Below are positions 16,197 to 29,400 of a stretch of DNA of 64,000 bases, in pieces. A model generated the notes under the pieces. It searched no databases, was not told the DNA's origin, and saw only the letters and a list, made by a program, of their open reading frames with translations. Source of the stretch: a virus. Positions within the stretch are counted from its first letter, which is position 1. Every line of letters starts with the position of its first letter. Position numbers and translations under genes: made by a program. The stretch spans positions 28,116-92,115 of the IMG/VR virus record IMGVR_UViG_3300021085_000017, one strand, 5' to 3'.

Positions 16197-17450
16197 ATGG
16201 CAGATAATACATTAAAACAATCACAAGATGAACAACATGCTAAAATGGCAAACCCAATGGTTCCTAAGTTGGGCAATATATACAAAGCAATTACAGTCAC
16301 AGAAACACCTTCTGGCGAATCACTAATTGACCCTATGGGACAAGGAAGAATTGCGGCATATATTCCAGCATTAGGAGAAAGTCCTGATAATCCAACGATA
16401 TTCAAACTTGCAAGAAGTTCATCTATATTTAATGTTCCAGATAAAACGGGAATAACTGTGCTTGTCTTTTTTGCAGATATTGATTCTACTAAAGACGCAT
16501 ATTGGTTTGCTATCGATAACCCAGTAGTAGATATAGTTGCTGGTGGTCCTTTAGGAAATCCACAAGTTGATGGCAGTGGTATAGGCGAAGGTGCTTATGC
16601 GGATGTTTCTGTTATGAAAGATTTTACAAAAGTAACAGATACAGAAGTAGACGGTGCTGAACTTCCCAACTCAGCGTTCAATAAAATACTTGCTGACCAA
16701 GGCACGTTGTCCGATGAACATAGAGGACCAACAACGACAAGTTCTTACAGAGATGCGGCATATGAGACAGTGCAACATGCAAAAGTTATGGGTTTCAAAA
16801 CATCTGGTGGTTCATCTGTTTCTATAGATGACGGAAGTATTGCAGATGACGGTACAATTCATGCAGAACAAATAAAGATAACAACATCTTCTGGTGCGGC
16901 AATCACATGTGATGGCGGCAACGACTTTATTTACATAGTGAATAGTACTGGTTCTGGATGGGTAGAAATCGGTGCTGGTGGTGAAGTCATGGTGTATGCT
17001 GAAGGCTCTTTAAACATGAGAACTCAAAAAGATTTTAACTTACGAGCGGACAAAAATATAAACATGGAAGCCGGAGAAGATATAAACATTCGTAGTTTCC
17101 GTAATACTAAAATTAACACAGATAAAGAACTACATTTAAGAAGTACAGGAACACAGTTCTTACAAAGTGAAGCAGGAATGAATATTAATGTTGGTGTTAA
17201 TTGTGTTGTATCAACTTATGGAGTATTGCATCTAAACGGACCATTAGCACCAGAATCAGAACTTATCTTAACTAGTGATATGCCAGATATAGAAGACTTA
17301 GAAGCAACAGAACTTAAAAAAACAATTGTATCTGAACTGCCAACACATGAACCTTTTATTAGACCACATGCTAAAGACCCAGACACAAGTAATTTTGCAA
17401 AATTAATGGCTAGTGATGATGGCTTAGATAAATCAGGATTAACAAAATGA
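16197..17450 (+). CDS. Baseplate central spike, gp5/VgrG-like
   Basis: DPMGQGRIAAYIP OB-fold start, beta-helix repeats, C-terminal PTHEPF. Confidence 0.75.
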   Translation: MADNTLKQSQDEQHAKMANPMVPKLGNIYKAITVTETPSGESLIDPMGQGRIAAYIPALGESPDNPTIFKLARSSSIFNVPDKTGITVLVFFADIDSTKDAYWFAIDNPVVDIVAGGPLGNPQVDGSGIGEGAYADVSVMKDFTKVTDTEVDGAELPNSAFNKILADQGTLSDEHRGPTTTSSYRDAAYETVQHAKVMGFKTSGGSSVSIDDGSIADDGTIHAEQIKITTSSGAAITCDGGNDFIYIVNSTGSGWVEIGAGGEVMVYAEGSLNMRTQKDFNLRADKNINMEAGEDINIRSFRNTKINTDKELHLRSTGTQFLQSEAGMNINVGVNCVVSTYGVLHLNGPLAPESELILTSDMPDIEDLEATELKKTIVSELPTHEPFIRPHAKDPDTSNFAKLMASDDGLDKSGLTK

Positions 17451-18079
17451 TATACGATAAACGTCCCGGCTCATTACTAAATTACATACAAATGCCATTA
17501 AATGTCATAACGGACAATGGTACTTTCTTAGGAACGGGATACCACGAGAATGGTAATCCAACTTATATACTATCGCATATAAGAGTACAAGTTAGTAATA
17601 TTAATGATTTGACTTTTTCGCCTGTGAGTAAAAATGCTATTATACTTGATAACAAACCATCACTCACTGTTAAAGATAATATAGTTGGATATAATTATAA
17701 AATTTCAGATACTGAAGTTGATTATGGATATATCACTGTTGCTTCTACTCGTGTAGATATTTCTGTTGGTAAAATAACAAAAGGCATGGCAGAGTTTATC
17801 TTAGAAAAACAATTAAGAAACATAGGTAATGTATTAGAGAAATTCATTACTGTAAAGATTTCACAGCCACAATATGATGCGTTATTGTATCACTTTTACT
17901 ATGAAGGTGTTAGCACTATAGAAACTAGTCCAATTATAAAACTTATAAATGAAAAAGATTGGTACTCAATCACAGATGAAATTCAAAGCAATATAAAGAA
18001 GAATGGCAAAGTAGATACTAAACTAGCACAAAGAAAAATGAAAACTTCAAAAATGTTTAGTAACGTTCCTGGATTCTAA
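17447..18079 (+). CDS. Lysozyme-like baseplate protein, probably degenerate
   Basis: [10 protein letters not shown]...[14 protein letters not shown]...LAQRK resembles GH24 C-lobe; catalytic region divergent. Confidence 0.5.
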   Translation: MIYDKRPGSLLNYIQMPLNVITDNGTFLGTGYHENGNPTYILSHIRVQVSNINDLTFSPVSKNAIILDNKPSLTVKDNIVGYNYKISDTEVDYGYITVASTRVDISVGKITKGMAEFILEKQLRNIGNVLEKFITVKISQPQYDALLYHFYYEGVSTIETSPIIKLINEKDWYSITDEIQSNIKKNGKVDTKLAQRKMKTSKMFSNVPGF

Positions 18080-18666
18080 CGCTTATCTATAACTTTATCT
18101 GCTAGTCCAAAAGCAACAGTTTCTTCAGCAGACATAAAGTTGTCTCGCTCCATCGCTTCAGTCAACTCTTCGAATGTTTTTCCAGCAGTATTATGTGAAA
18201 CATATATTCCAGTTAGTCTTTCTTTCATCTTAAGAATTTCTTTTACTTGAATTTCCATATCAGTTGCTTGTCCACCAGCACCACCGCTTGGTTGATGAAT
18301 CATTGTGCGACTATTCGGTAATACATATCTTTTGTCTTTAGCACCTGCTTGAGCAAGTAGTGAACCCATAGAACACGCTTGACCCATCACAGTAGTTGAT
18401 ACTGGAGATGAAATAAACTGCATAGTATCATATATTGCCATGCCAGAAGTCACTGCACCACCGGGTGAATTGATATAGAAATGAATATCTTTTTCTGAAT
18501 TTTCTGCTTCTAAGAACAACAACTGGGCACAAATCAAGTCTGCCTGATAGTCATTTACTTCACTTGTCAGAAATATAACTCTTTCTTTCAGCAAACGAGA
18601 GAAAATATCATAACTACGCTCTCCACTTGTTGACTGGTCAACGACCATTGGTACTAAATTTGGCAT
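18076..18666 (-). CDS. clpP: ATP-dependent Clp protease proteolytic subunit
   Basis: [25 protein letters not shown] (Ser), MIHQP (His), ERDNFM (Asp). Confidence 0.96.
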   Translation of the reverse strand: MPNLVPMVVDQSTSGERSYDIFSRLLKERVIFLTSEVNDYQADLICAQLLFLEAENSEKDIHFYINSPGGAVTSGMAIYDTMQFISSPVSTTVMGQACSMGSLLAQAGAKDKRYVLPNSRTMIHQPSGGAGGQATDMEIQVKEILKMKERLTGIYVSHNTAGKTFEELTEAMERDNFMSAEETVAFGLADKVIDKR

Positions 18667-18707
18667 TATTTTATCCTTAGTTGTGTTTAATAATATTATT
18701 TAGTACT

Positions 18708-18736
18708 ATAATAACAGAATTGAGTCTATTTGTCAA
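18708..18736 (-). promoter_or_regulatory. sigma70 promoter of clpP with GANTC in spacer
   Basis: TTGACA-AATAGACTCAATTCTGT-TATTAT. Confidence 0.7.
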
Positions 18737-18739
18737 TCT

Positions 18740-18769
18740 AAAACTACGAATATTATGTGGAGATAAATA
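18740..18769 (+). promoter_or_regulatory. Late-type promoter of gp25-gp6 operon
   Basis: AAAACTACGAAT...GATAAATA (18762-18769). Confidence 0.6.
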
Positions 18770-18802
18770 CATGTAACATAAACTACAGAGAAAAAAAGAG
18801 TT

Positions 18803-19159
18803 ATGGCGTTATACAGCGGTTTCAGTACCAAAAACAAAAAGGCGATAAACCACGAGTTACAAGATAAAGACTTAGTGATTGAAGACCTGATGAACCAAAT
18901 AATGACCCGAAAGGGAGAACGTGTCATGTTGCCTAATTATGGGTCGATTATACATGAGATGACGTTTGAGCCATTGACTGAATTGACAACTGAATTAATT
19001 AAAGAAGACCTAACCAATATTATAAATGATGACCCGAGATGCAAATTTGTTAGTATACAAGTAGCAGACTCTGACCACACAATAAATGCTATTTTGAAAA
19101 TTGAAATTCTACCGTTCAACGAGCCAGTAGAATTAAATATAGATTTAGACAGAGAATAA
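18803..19159 (+). CDS. gp25: Baseplate wedge protein gp25-like
   Basis: TRKGERVMLPNYGSII...FEPL...DPR. Confidence 0.88.
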   Translation: MALYSGFSTKNKKAINHELQDKDLVIEDLMNQIMTRKGERVMLPNYGSIIHEMTFEPLTELTTELIKEDLTNIINDDPRCKFVSIQVADSDHTINAILKIEILPFNEPVELNIDLDRE

Positions 19160-19172
19160 CAGAGAGAACGAT

Positions 19173-22100
19173 ATGAGCCAAGAACGTACAGACAATCTAT
19201 TCGCAAGTGAAAGTTGGACAGCGGTATATACTGCCTATTCAAACATCAGTCTTAAAGCATATGACTTCGATACCATTAGAACTGCATTACTAGATTACAC
19301 AGCACAAACTTATCCTGAGAAATTTAATGACTTCGTAGCGAGTTCTGAGTTTATCGCAATCTTAGACTTGGTTGCATATTTAGGACACAGTCTATCATTC
19401 AGATTAGACATGAACACTAGAGAAAACTTCATGGACACAGCAGAACGTAGAGCAAGTGTTCTTCAGATGGCTAAATCTCTAGGTTATAATAAAACTAGAC
19501 CAATCAACGCAAAAGGTTTTATGAAAATCTCCAGCGTTTCAACTACTGAAGCAGTTAAAGATAATGAAGGTGTCTCTCTCGCCGGCAAAACTATTAACTG
19601 GAATGACAGTAACAATGCAGATTGGTATGAAAACTTTATTAGTATTCTAAATTCTTCATTCGCTGGTAATACAAAAATTCAAAACCCATCTTCAGAATTA
19701 ACAATCGCAGATGTAGAACATGCATTGTATGAAATAAATGAAGACACATTATCAAAGAATATAAATTATTCTTTCGGAGCAAACATCTCAGGTGCAAATA
19801 GAAACTTTGAGGCAGTTCGTGTTGTTGCAGACAAACTTACATCAACAATTTATGAAGATGAGCCAAATGCTAATAAAAACTTTACAATCATAAACAGAAA
19901 TGACAACCTAGGTTCTTCAAGTGACAGAACTGGTTTCTTTGTTTACGCTAGTGCAGGAACATTACAGTTACAAGATAACAATTATAGTACTGTAATTTCT
20001 AACAGAATAGCGAAAGTTGAAGACATTGATATATCACACACAGACGTTTGGGTACAAAAAATAAATTCTCAAAAACAGTATGTCTCTAGTGTTACTAAAG
20101 TAGACAATAACACACGTGAAACTGCAATTTACAATGCATTAAGAAGTGGCTCAGGCGATATAGTAAGTGTCACTACATTAGACAATAACTCAATTCAACT
20201 TACTTATCCTGATGGTATATTTGGAAACGCCGCATCAGGTGGATACAGAACTTGGTATAGAAAAGTAGATAATGATGATTTCTCTGTAAATGCAAGTGAT
20301 ATTACAAATTCAATAATAACAATTCCATACGTTGCTACTGATAATAGAGTTTATAGATTAACATTTACACTAACAAGTACTAGAGACTTTACTGAAAACT
20401 ACTCTGGTGAAACATACGCAAGTGTACGTAGAATTGCACCAAGAAGTTATTACTCACAAGATAGAATGGTAAACGCACAAGATTATAATGTTTACCCATT
20501 AACACTTGGTACTAATGTTGTCAGAAAATTAAAATCAGTTAATACATCATTCGCAGGAAACTCTCGTTTCTTTGAGATGGATGACGTATTAGGTCATCAC
20601 TCTAATCTAAGTGTAACAGGTTCAGACGGTACATTGTTTGTAGAAGATGAAACAATAAAAATGCCATTGAGATATAATAAGACACAAGGTAATAGTGACA
20701 ACTTCATTAGAAATGAACTTACAAAAGCAATCAAACATCCAAGTCTTTTAAATTATTTCTTCTATCAGAACAAAGATAATGTAGCAGTAAACGTTGCGAT
20801 TGCATTATCATACTCAGTTTCTACCAGTGATACAATGGTGATTAACACTAACATACCTTCATCTACAGCGACAATATATGAAGGAGATATGTTTGAATTG
20901 CAAGTTGGCACAAATATGACTTGGGCAAAAGTTATCACTTGTTCTGCCGCTTTATCTGACGGTTCAAAGAACTACACATTAAACAAAGCAATACCAGATA
21001 ATGGTACAGTAGTACGTGCAGTTAGAGGTCTAAGAACAAGATTTACAGATTCTGAAATCACCGATATAAAAACAAAAATTGACAGTGCAACAGAATCTAC
21101 CTTTACTATAAAATATAGTTTAATCACAAGTACAGCAAGTCAATGGCAATGGCAAGTACATGAAGGCGCCACGCCATCTGACGCACATGTTGTATTCAAC
21201 TATGCTTCTGGTATTAGAGATAACGAATCAGAATACGTAGCAGAAATTATAGGTAAAAAAGTTGCATTTGAAAGTAGAGACCAAGTTAAGTTTTTCTACG
21301 GGAATACAACAAACGTTGTTGACAACGAAACGAAACTAGCAACAAGAGACAAAATACTTCTTAACTACAAAACTTCTAGTAGTGATACAAACTTTAATGC
21401 ATCACAAGATAGTCCTAGTGTTACTATTGGACAAGGTAAAGTAAAAAATGCAGTTGCATACAATACAGTTGGAGCAGAGTTTGATGCAGACTTCTTACAT
21501 ACTGGCGCAAGAGAAACGTATACATTCGTAGATACACAAGATGCGATATCAGGAGTAACTTATGAACATTTTCTTATCTCAGAAGATGGATTAGATTATA
21601 AATTAGATTCTTCAGACATAGTTGCACCTACTAGTGCTTCTGGTAATAAAATTGGTGATGCTACTGATTTGGGAGATGGAATAGATAAACTTAAAATACA
21701 AATTGATAATCTGGCTACTGTAGTTTCACTTGGTGTATTAGTTGGTGCAAACAACACTACAACAGCCACTTCAGAAGAAAACTTATCAAATGCTAATCTT
21801 GTTATAAACTATGATGGCACTGAAGACGATTCAAATGCAGAAAGTAGTTTTACTACTATATCTACTAATGACTTGACCACTAAAGGGTTTAAAGGCGACA
21901 CATCACAATCTACTCTATTAACTTATTTTGCTACGGCTACTTCTACTAGCAACTTCGTTTTCAGAGATGTAGGTGATGGAATAGAACAAAACGAAATAGT
22001 TACAACTTACGATTCTAATACTGATACATATAAATTTGTATTACCATTCCAACATGCAGACACAGATGCGTCTACCGCTGGAAATCAAAACGTATTAAAC

Positions 22101-23447
22101 ATTACACCAGCAGATGCCGATATTAAATTTAAACAGAAAGCATATGGTGAATTCACTATCGCAAGTTCAACACCACTTACATCTAGTAATGTTGTTCTAA
22201 GAACAGACAGTGGCACATACATTGATACTGACCACGTAACTATTACAAACACATCGGGACTTAATTATAAGATTGTATTCTGGACATATCCAGTTTCAGT
22301 AAATGATTTGATTGATGTGAATATAGGTACAGGAGCAACATTGTCAGACCTTACGAATTCATCGGTCAGAGTTAAAGCATCTTTTGCCTTGGCAAGAGTT
22401 GGTGTAACAACTACATCGGTATATCAATCAGTTGCATCGTATGTGTATGATGACTATTTGACAAATGCTGGATATAAAGATAGTACAAAAGTTAAATTGA
22501 ATGCCGGAAGTGTAGATGACCATCCGTTTGCTTTACTTGATGTTACGTCAGGTTCAACAGTAGTAATGGAAAACTATACAAAAGATAATATCGAATATCA
22601 GAGAACATCAAAATATGCAGTGGCAGCCGCACAGATAAGTGCTGGTATTCCAGATAATTCAATGCCTTCAACTGCTACATTATGGTTCAACACTACTACA
22701 AGTACTTGGTACAAACGTATTGCAGGTTCATGGAATACTAACTTTGCAAAAGTACCAGGGACAAACAATGTAATAACACACGGAACAGTAACATATACAC
22801 CAACAGAAGGTGTAACATTTGTTGAAGATGAGTTTACAAGTTTCAGATGGGACCATTACGCAGACCTAGATAAGAGAATTGACCCTAGTACAAGTAATAT
22901 TATTGACATGTATGTATTGGGTTCAGACTATGTAAGAAACGTAGAGAAGTGGTCAGCAAATGGATTTAAAACAGCGACACCAATCGCACCAAATAATTAT
23001 GAGTTATCAAAATTAATGAAAACTATTGAGCCTAAGGCAGCCATAGGTGACCATATTGCTTATATTCCGGTAGAGTTTAAATATCTATTCGGCTCTTATG
23101 CAAAAAATGAAAACCAAGCAACGTTTAAGGTCATTAAGAAGTTGGGAGTAGGATATACTGATAGTGAAATTAAAACAGCAGTGTCTAACAAAGTAAACGA
23201 ATACTTCTCAATTGATAACTGGGACTTTGGTGCTACATTCTATTTCTCAGAACTAGCGGCGTATCTACACAAAGAATTAGCAGATTATATTTCGAGTGTA
23301 GTAATTACTCCTAAATATTCTACAAATGAATTTACAAAGTTACTTAGTATCTCATCTTCATTAAATGAAATATTTATGGCAGTCACTACATCTAATGATG
23401 TAAAAATAATAAAACAATTATCACAATCTGAATTAGTGGGCGAATAA
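19173..23447 (+). CDS. gp6: Baseplate wedge protein gp6-like, enlarged
   Basis: YDFDTIR, SSEFIAILDLVAY, RENFMDTAERRASV, SQDRMVNAQDY, WDFG.TFYFSEL. Confidence 0.8.
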   Translation: MSQERTDNLFASESWTAVYTAYSNISLKAYDFDTIRTALLDYTAQTYPEKFNDFVASSEFIAILDLVAYLGHSLSFRLDMNTRENFMDTAERRASVLQMAKSLGYNKTRPINAKGFMKISSVSTTEAVKDNEGVSLAGKTINWNDSNNADWYENFISILNSSFAGNTKIQNPSSELTIADVEHALYEINEDTLSKNINYSFGANISGANRNFEAVRVVADKLTSTIYEDEPNANKNFTIINRNDNLGSSSDRTGFFVYASAGTLQLQDNNYSTVISNRIAKVEDIDISHTDVWVQKINSQKQYVSSVTKVDNNTRETAIYNALRSGSGDIVSVTTLDNNSIQLTYPDGIFGNAASGGYRTWYRKVDNDDFSVNASDITNSIITIPYVATDNRVYRLTFTLTSTRDFTENYSGETYASVRRIAPRSYYSQDRMVNAQDYNVYPLTLGTNVVRKLKSVNTSFAGNSRFFEMDDVLGHHSNLSVTGSDGTLFVEDETIKMPLRYNKTQGNSDNFIRNELTKAIKHPSLLNYFFYQNKDNVAVNVAIALSYSVSTSDTMVINTNIPSSTATIYEGDMFELQVGTNMTWAKVITCSAALSDGSKNYTLNKAIPDNGTVVRAVRGLRTRFTDSEITDIKTKIDSATESTFTIKYSLITSTASQWQWQVHEGATPSDAHVVFNYASGIRDNESEYVAEIIGKKVAFESRDQVKFFYGNTTNVVDNETKLATRDKILLNYKTSSSDTNFNASQDSPSVTIGQGKVKNAVAYNTVGAEFDADFLHTGARETYTFVDTQDAISGVTYEHFLISEDGLDYKLDSSDIVAPTSASGNKIGDATDLGDGIDKLKIQIDNLATVVSLGVLVGANNTTTATSEENLSNANLVINYDGTEDDSNAESSFTTISTNDLTTKGFKGDTSQSTLLTYFATATSTSNFVFRDVGDGIEQNEIVTTYDSNTDTYKFVLPFQHADTDASTAGNQNVLNITPADADIKFKQKAYGEFTIASSTPLTSSNVVLRTDSGTYIDTDHVTITNTSGLNYKIVFWTYPVSVNDLIDVNIGTGATLSDLTNSSVRVKASFALARVGVTTTSVYQSVASYVYDDYLTNAGYKDSTKVKLNAGSVDDHPFALLDVTSGSTVVMENYTKDNIEYQRTSKYAVAAAQISAGIPDNSMPSTATLWFNTTTSTWYKRIAGSWNTNFAKVPGTNNVITHGTVTYTPTEGVTFVEDEFTSFRWDHYADLDKRIDPSTSNIIDMYVLGSDYVRNVEKWSANGFKTATPIAPNNYELSKLMKTIEPKAAIGDHIAYIPVEFKYLFGSYAKNENQATFKVIKKLGVGYTDSEIKTAVSNKVNEYFSIDNWDFGATFYFSELAAYLHKELADYISSVVITPKYSTNEFTKLLSISSSLNEIFMAVTTSNDVKIIKQLSQSELVGE

Positions 23448-23448
23448 C

Positions 23449-26400
23449 ATGGCAAAGAAGATTTATGACTTTTTACCAGGACATCTAAAAAACCGTGAGT
23501 TAGAATCGATTTTCGAAACGACACTTAACCGTGCTTTCTCTGTCGGTGAGATGGAGAAAACAAAAGCATTTGTAGGTAGAAAGGAAAAGGGAATATTTAA
23601 GAATGATGACATTTATCTATCTTTCCCACCAACATCATATGCAAGAGATAATTACGGATTAGAACCAACATTTACAAATACAACGACAACTGATAACGTT
23701 TTCTACGATGACTTGTTAAATGCATTGTATAATAAAGGTGCGTTAACAAACGACCACAGAAGATTATTCAATAGTAAATCCACATTAAGCACAGTTGCAC
23801 TACCTATAGATTTAGATAAGTTTATAAACTATAGTATGTATTATTGGGTTTCGCCAAACTTTCACGCCCACATTACGGGTTCAGTAAACAAGCATTATGT
23901 CACAATCAATAGAACTACCACACCAACAAACTGGTGGTCAAAAAATAACTATTGGTATCACTACGATGACATTAAGGACTTTATATTTGATAGTAACTCT
24001 GGTGAAATAACACAAGCAACAAGACCAATTATTGAATTTGATGAAGACATAGAATTAAGTAATGAAAGTGCCGCAGTATCATTGACACAAACAGTATCTG
24101 CAATTGCTGGTGCTTTTGTAGTAGGTTCTACATATACCATCGCTTCTGTAGGAACGACAGACTTCACATTAATAGGTGCATCAGATAATGAGGTTGGCAC
24201 AACATTCACTGCAACAGACGTAGGTTCTGGTACAGGTTCAGCATCTTGGCAATACATACCAACTTTCAAAGCATATAATTCTTCTAATGTATATACAAAT
24301 GATATAAACATATTTCACTATGTAGTTAGTGAAAATTACACATTAGACAGACAGTTGGGATTTAAGCCAAAATTAAAAGCCGGCGATTTTCAAAGTGAGT
24401 ATGTGTTCAATATTGATTTGACAAATGACTTGACATACAAGTTGAAAAATGACTACAAGTCTCTGACACTTAAAACTGATTTTGATTACAGAAACTTAAG
24501 ACAAGAAATCGGCGACAAAGTAGATGCTACTAGTATTGAATTACTTCAGGCTCCTAAAAGTATTAACGCAATAGACATATATGTAAACGGACAAAAACAA
24601 ATAGGAAACTATTCATACTCTAGTTCTGATAAGAAAATTACATTAAATTCATCAGTTACTGGAAACATATATGTTGATTATTGTACAAATACTCCAGTTG
24701 TATTCGACGGTGACGGTGTATTCCAAAGAATTAATCCTGCATTAGAATATAACGTTGATAATAAATCGTATTCAAATTCAGAGATGACATTCTCTTTAGT
24801 TTATGAACACTTTGTTCGTATAATTGAGACAGCACCTGGATTGACTGGTAGCCCAGACGCAGGAAATAACTATAGAAAAATAGGTGATAATTCAGATAAA
24901 CTAAGACATGCAAGTCAAGGTAGTGTTCTAGTTACGAACAGTGTAGATATTAAAGAGGCATACTTTGCATTGACTAGAGAAGACTATAACCCTATCAAAG
25001 CAACAGAGTTCTTATCTAACTCTTATAACGGTTACAAAAACAAGTTTCTAACTACAATTATTGAAACCTTATCTGATAGTGCAAGTGATACAAAAAGTGA
25101 TTTACTTATCTTAGAAGAAGCAATTAACACAATATCTATGGGCAAACAAACAAGCGTAAGTATCTTTAGAGATAGCACTATGCTAAACTTTGGTGAAATT
25201 CATGCTCACTATGAAGAACTTGACGTAACTGTGATTGATGGTGCATCAGAACAAGTTATGCCTACGTTCAGAGATTCTATATTATATGATAAAAATATAG
25301 TTGTAATATTAGATGGTGTTGTACAAAGATTGAATGTAGATTACACATTGTCTTCTGGTGCTACAGAAATTCTTTTCACATCAACAAGAGCATCAAGTGA
25401 TATAATCAAAGTAAGACACTACACTAACATTAAAGAAACATATATTCCACCTAGTGCAACATCACTTGCTATAACACCGGCACATATTCCAGAGATTATT
25501 ACAGATAATGGATATGAAACGCCTACTAAATTTATTAAGGGACATGATGGCTCATTAGTACCAGCATACCCGTTAGTTAATGGTCAAGTAAACAGAATAG
25601 ATACAATCTTACTTGCGTTTGAAACTTTAATCTTTAATAACCTAACAGACAATACGAGTTCTGATATTGTAAGCATGGAATATGCGATATATGGAACAAC
25701 AGGCTCAGATTATTCAAACTCTGAAAAGAAATACATCATGTATCCATTCTTTAAGAAATGGATGATGAGAAATAGCATTGATGATTTAAATAACGAATCA
25801 TTTGATTCATCACCATCTGAATACAAGACATGGAACTATAGAGCGAAAAATGATAGTGCGGCAGGTTATTGGAGAGGTCAATTATTATATTCTTATGGCA
25901 CAGATAGACCACTACAAGAGCCTTGGAAAGCAATAAAGAAATCACAAAAGCCAGCAAACTTTGATACAACTTACGGTTCAGATTATACTACGATTGCATT
26001 TTGGAATGCACTCATTTCAAAAAATTCTTTGAATTGTCCAGTGCCAGTTGATGGTTCTGGTAATCTGAAAACTCCAGCAGTGTTATTCTTTGGTGATGAT
26101 ATATCATCTAGTGATGTATTGGAAATGGACCAAGCATGGGAATTTGGCGATAACTCACCAGTTGAATTAGCATGGACACGTAGTAGTGAGTTTGCTTTTG
26201 CCGAATTTATGTTAATGTTATTATCAAAACCATTTGAGATTATGGACTCATATAGTTCACAAATAGCAAACATTATTTCTTACTCAAACAAGAGTGAAGG
26301 CATAAACAATGATAATGTAATTGCTGACAAACAAAACTATACATTCAAATTGGGTTCTAAGTTAGGTGGATTTGTAAACAACTTTAAATTACAAACAGAA

Positions 26401-29400
26401 AACAACTCGCTATCAAATAGTAGATACACTGAGTTACCAGAAGATAACTTTAATCTATTCGTACATCCTGGTGTACCGAATAGAAGTGAATTCTTCAGTG
26501 CAATAGTATTAGAAAAAGTATCGATAGAAGACAAATATCCCGTATATGCATATACAGACTTGTCAAGTTATGTTGAGGGTGATATTGTTTTAAATTCAAA
26601 TGATAACAAGTACTATAAAAGAAAAGTAACTGGACTATCATCAAAAGAATCGACAACTCCAGCAGGCTCATTTATAGTTGGAACGACATATAAAATTAAT
26701 CATGTTGGTACAACTGACTTTACATTAGTTGGTTCTACAGATAATAATATTGGCACTTCATTCGTAGCGACTGGTATAGGTTCAGGCGATGGTAATGTTA
26801 GCCTAATAAACTTTGATTATGGTCAATGGACATTAATATCACAGCCTAAAATTAACAAGTTTGGTTTTAGAATACATGGATATGATGAAATTAATCCTAC
26901 ATTTTACGCAATGGGTTGGGACAAAGCAAGTGGAGAAAAAGCATTTCAAACAGAAGGCGACAAACTTCAGTTAAAAACTTGGAATGCTGGTGAATATTAC
27001 AGAGTAGATTCTTATATATTAAGAAACAATGTTCCTTATGTTTGTCTTAACAGCCACACTGCTCCATCAGATTTTGATGAAAGTATTAAAAATTGGAAAC
27101 CAGTTTCTAAGTGGCCGACAACAAATAAAGTTCAAGCAATGGGCTACAATAAGTTAGTAGATGACACGGTAAAGAATTATAATTACGGTGACGTGCTACA
27201 AACACTAGACGAAGTTGCACATCTAATAATGGGATATGAAGAGTATCTAAAATTAGTAGGATGGGAATTCACAGATTCAACTGACTTTGGTGACCCAGTA
27301 GATTGGGAAAATCTATTATTAAAATTCTTAGAATGGCAGTCTGAAAACAATTCAGTAGGTGATTTTATTACTCTTACTCCGTTGTTAACTGGTGGTATAT
27401 TCAACACAGATTATGGTGTTGCTAGTGTTTCAACAGAAACTTTTAAAAACTATTATCGTATCTTAGATGCATCGGGTAGACGCATACCAACATCTGAAGT
27501 TGACTTCCACACAGATGGTTCAAAACTCACATTTGCAAGTAATGTTCCTATCTATGGAATGAAAATGGACATAAGAGATGTAGAACATGCATTTGTTGTA
27601 GATAGAGTTGACAGTTATGGTGACATTATATATGACCCACATTCACATACTAGAAATCTTAGAATGCAAATCGATTGTAACAGAACTATTGATTGGGATG
27701 GTACATTAACTGTTGATGGATATATTGTCCACAATGACAAACTGATACCAAACTTTGACACAATGATTGCTGAGACTAAGTTCTATAGAGACACATTAGT
27801 TGACCAAGGTCTATCTATATTAAACAATTTGAAATCAAACCAATATGGATATACTACAAGAGCATATCTAACAAATCACGGTATTGAAAGAGAATCACAA
27901 TTAGAATTCTATAAAGGTTTCTTATCTCATAAAGCAACTGTTTCTAGTATCAATAAGATTGTCAATAAAAATGGCGACTTTGAAAACATCACACACTCGG
28001 ATATATGGGCAGTAAGATTAAGTGACTACGGTTACCAATCATCAAAATATACAATGTCAAAAGACATTACAGTATCTGATATGGTACAAAATCCATTCTT
28101 AGTGCAATTCTTAGACAACACTAAAGAACTTTTACCAGTTACTAAGAAAAATAATATAGCAATTAAAACTACTGGTTACGTGAACGAATCAGATGTGACA
28201 TACATTACTGGCACTTATGATTCCTTAACATCACTGACTGGTGTTACATTATATGAAGGCGATACTGCTTGGTTACAAACAGATGAAGATAGAGATTGGG
28301 ACGTTGTCCGTCTTAGTGAAGTTGCTGAAATAAGTTATGTAGGTGAAACATCAGACAACCAACTATATATTGGTACTGCATCTGCAATTAATTCTACATC
28401 TATTACTAAACCAATTTATCTAAAAATTGATGCCGATGAGATAAGTCCAACAATTGCAGGATATTATTTGTTATCTGCAAATGGAACAAAAACAGTAAAC
28501 GGCACAGTCATACATGAATATCTAATATTCGAAGAAGACTTCGAACCATTAACTATTGAAATTGACTCAGCAACAACTAATAGTATATTTGTTCCTACAA
28601 GTACAAATTCTGGTGTTGAAGCGATTGGTTCTATTAGTAATCCAGTTTTCGAAAGTGGAGATATTATAACAATAGATGGCACACAACACACTTATGCCCC
28701 ATCTGGTGCAACTAGTTCTGGTATAACAATACTAGGCACAGTTGCAAACTCGGTAGTTACAGAAGGAGAACAAGCAAGTTTTGTAGTATACAATAATGAT
28801 GGATTAGTTGAAAATGGAACGAACACAACAGTAACATTCTCAGGAACTGTAGCAACTACAACTGGCTCATTTAGTTCAACACAAGGTGACCAGGTAACAA
28901 TAGATGGCACAACATTGACCATTGATTATAGTCAGTCTAGTACTATATCAGAAACTACAACTGCTACAAGAAGTTCTTCACTAACTACAGGCAACACAGT
29001 TATTATCGATGCAACGACAAAGACAGTTGCAGATTTAACAGTCACAGGCACAGTTACTTCGCCAACAATGACATCTACGAAGCCGTTGACAATTAATGGT
29101 GACACTATTTCACTAACAAGTGGAGATGATTTAACAGCAATCGTAACTGCAATTAATACAGGAACAAGTCAAGTTGTTGCATCAACATCTTCAAATCAAT
29201 TAGTTTTGACCACTTCATTGCCACAATTGACTATGACTGGTGGGTCGTTGATTGACTTAGGACTATCAACAACAAACTCATATACAGATTCTAAATTGGA
29301 TAATTTAGCATCAGACTTAACTACAATATCTGATATAACTGCTACAATAGATTCTAATAACCGTATGACAATAGTAAGTTCTGGAAGTTCAATGGTAATT

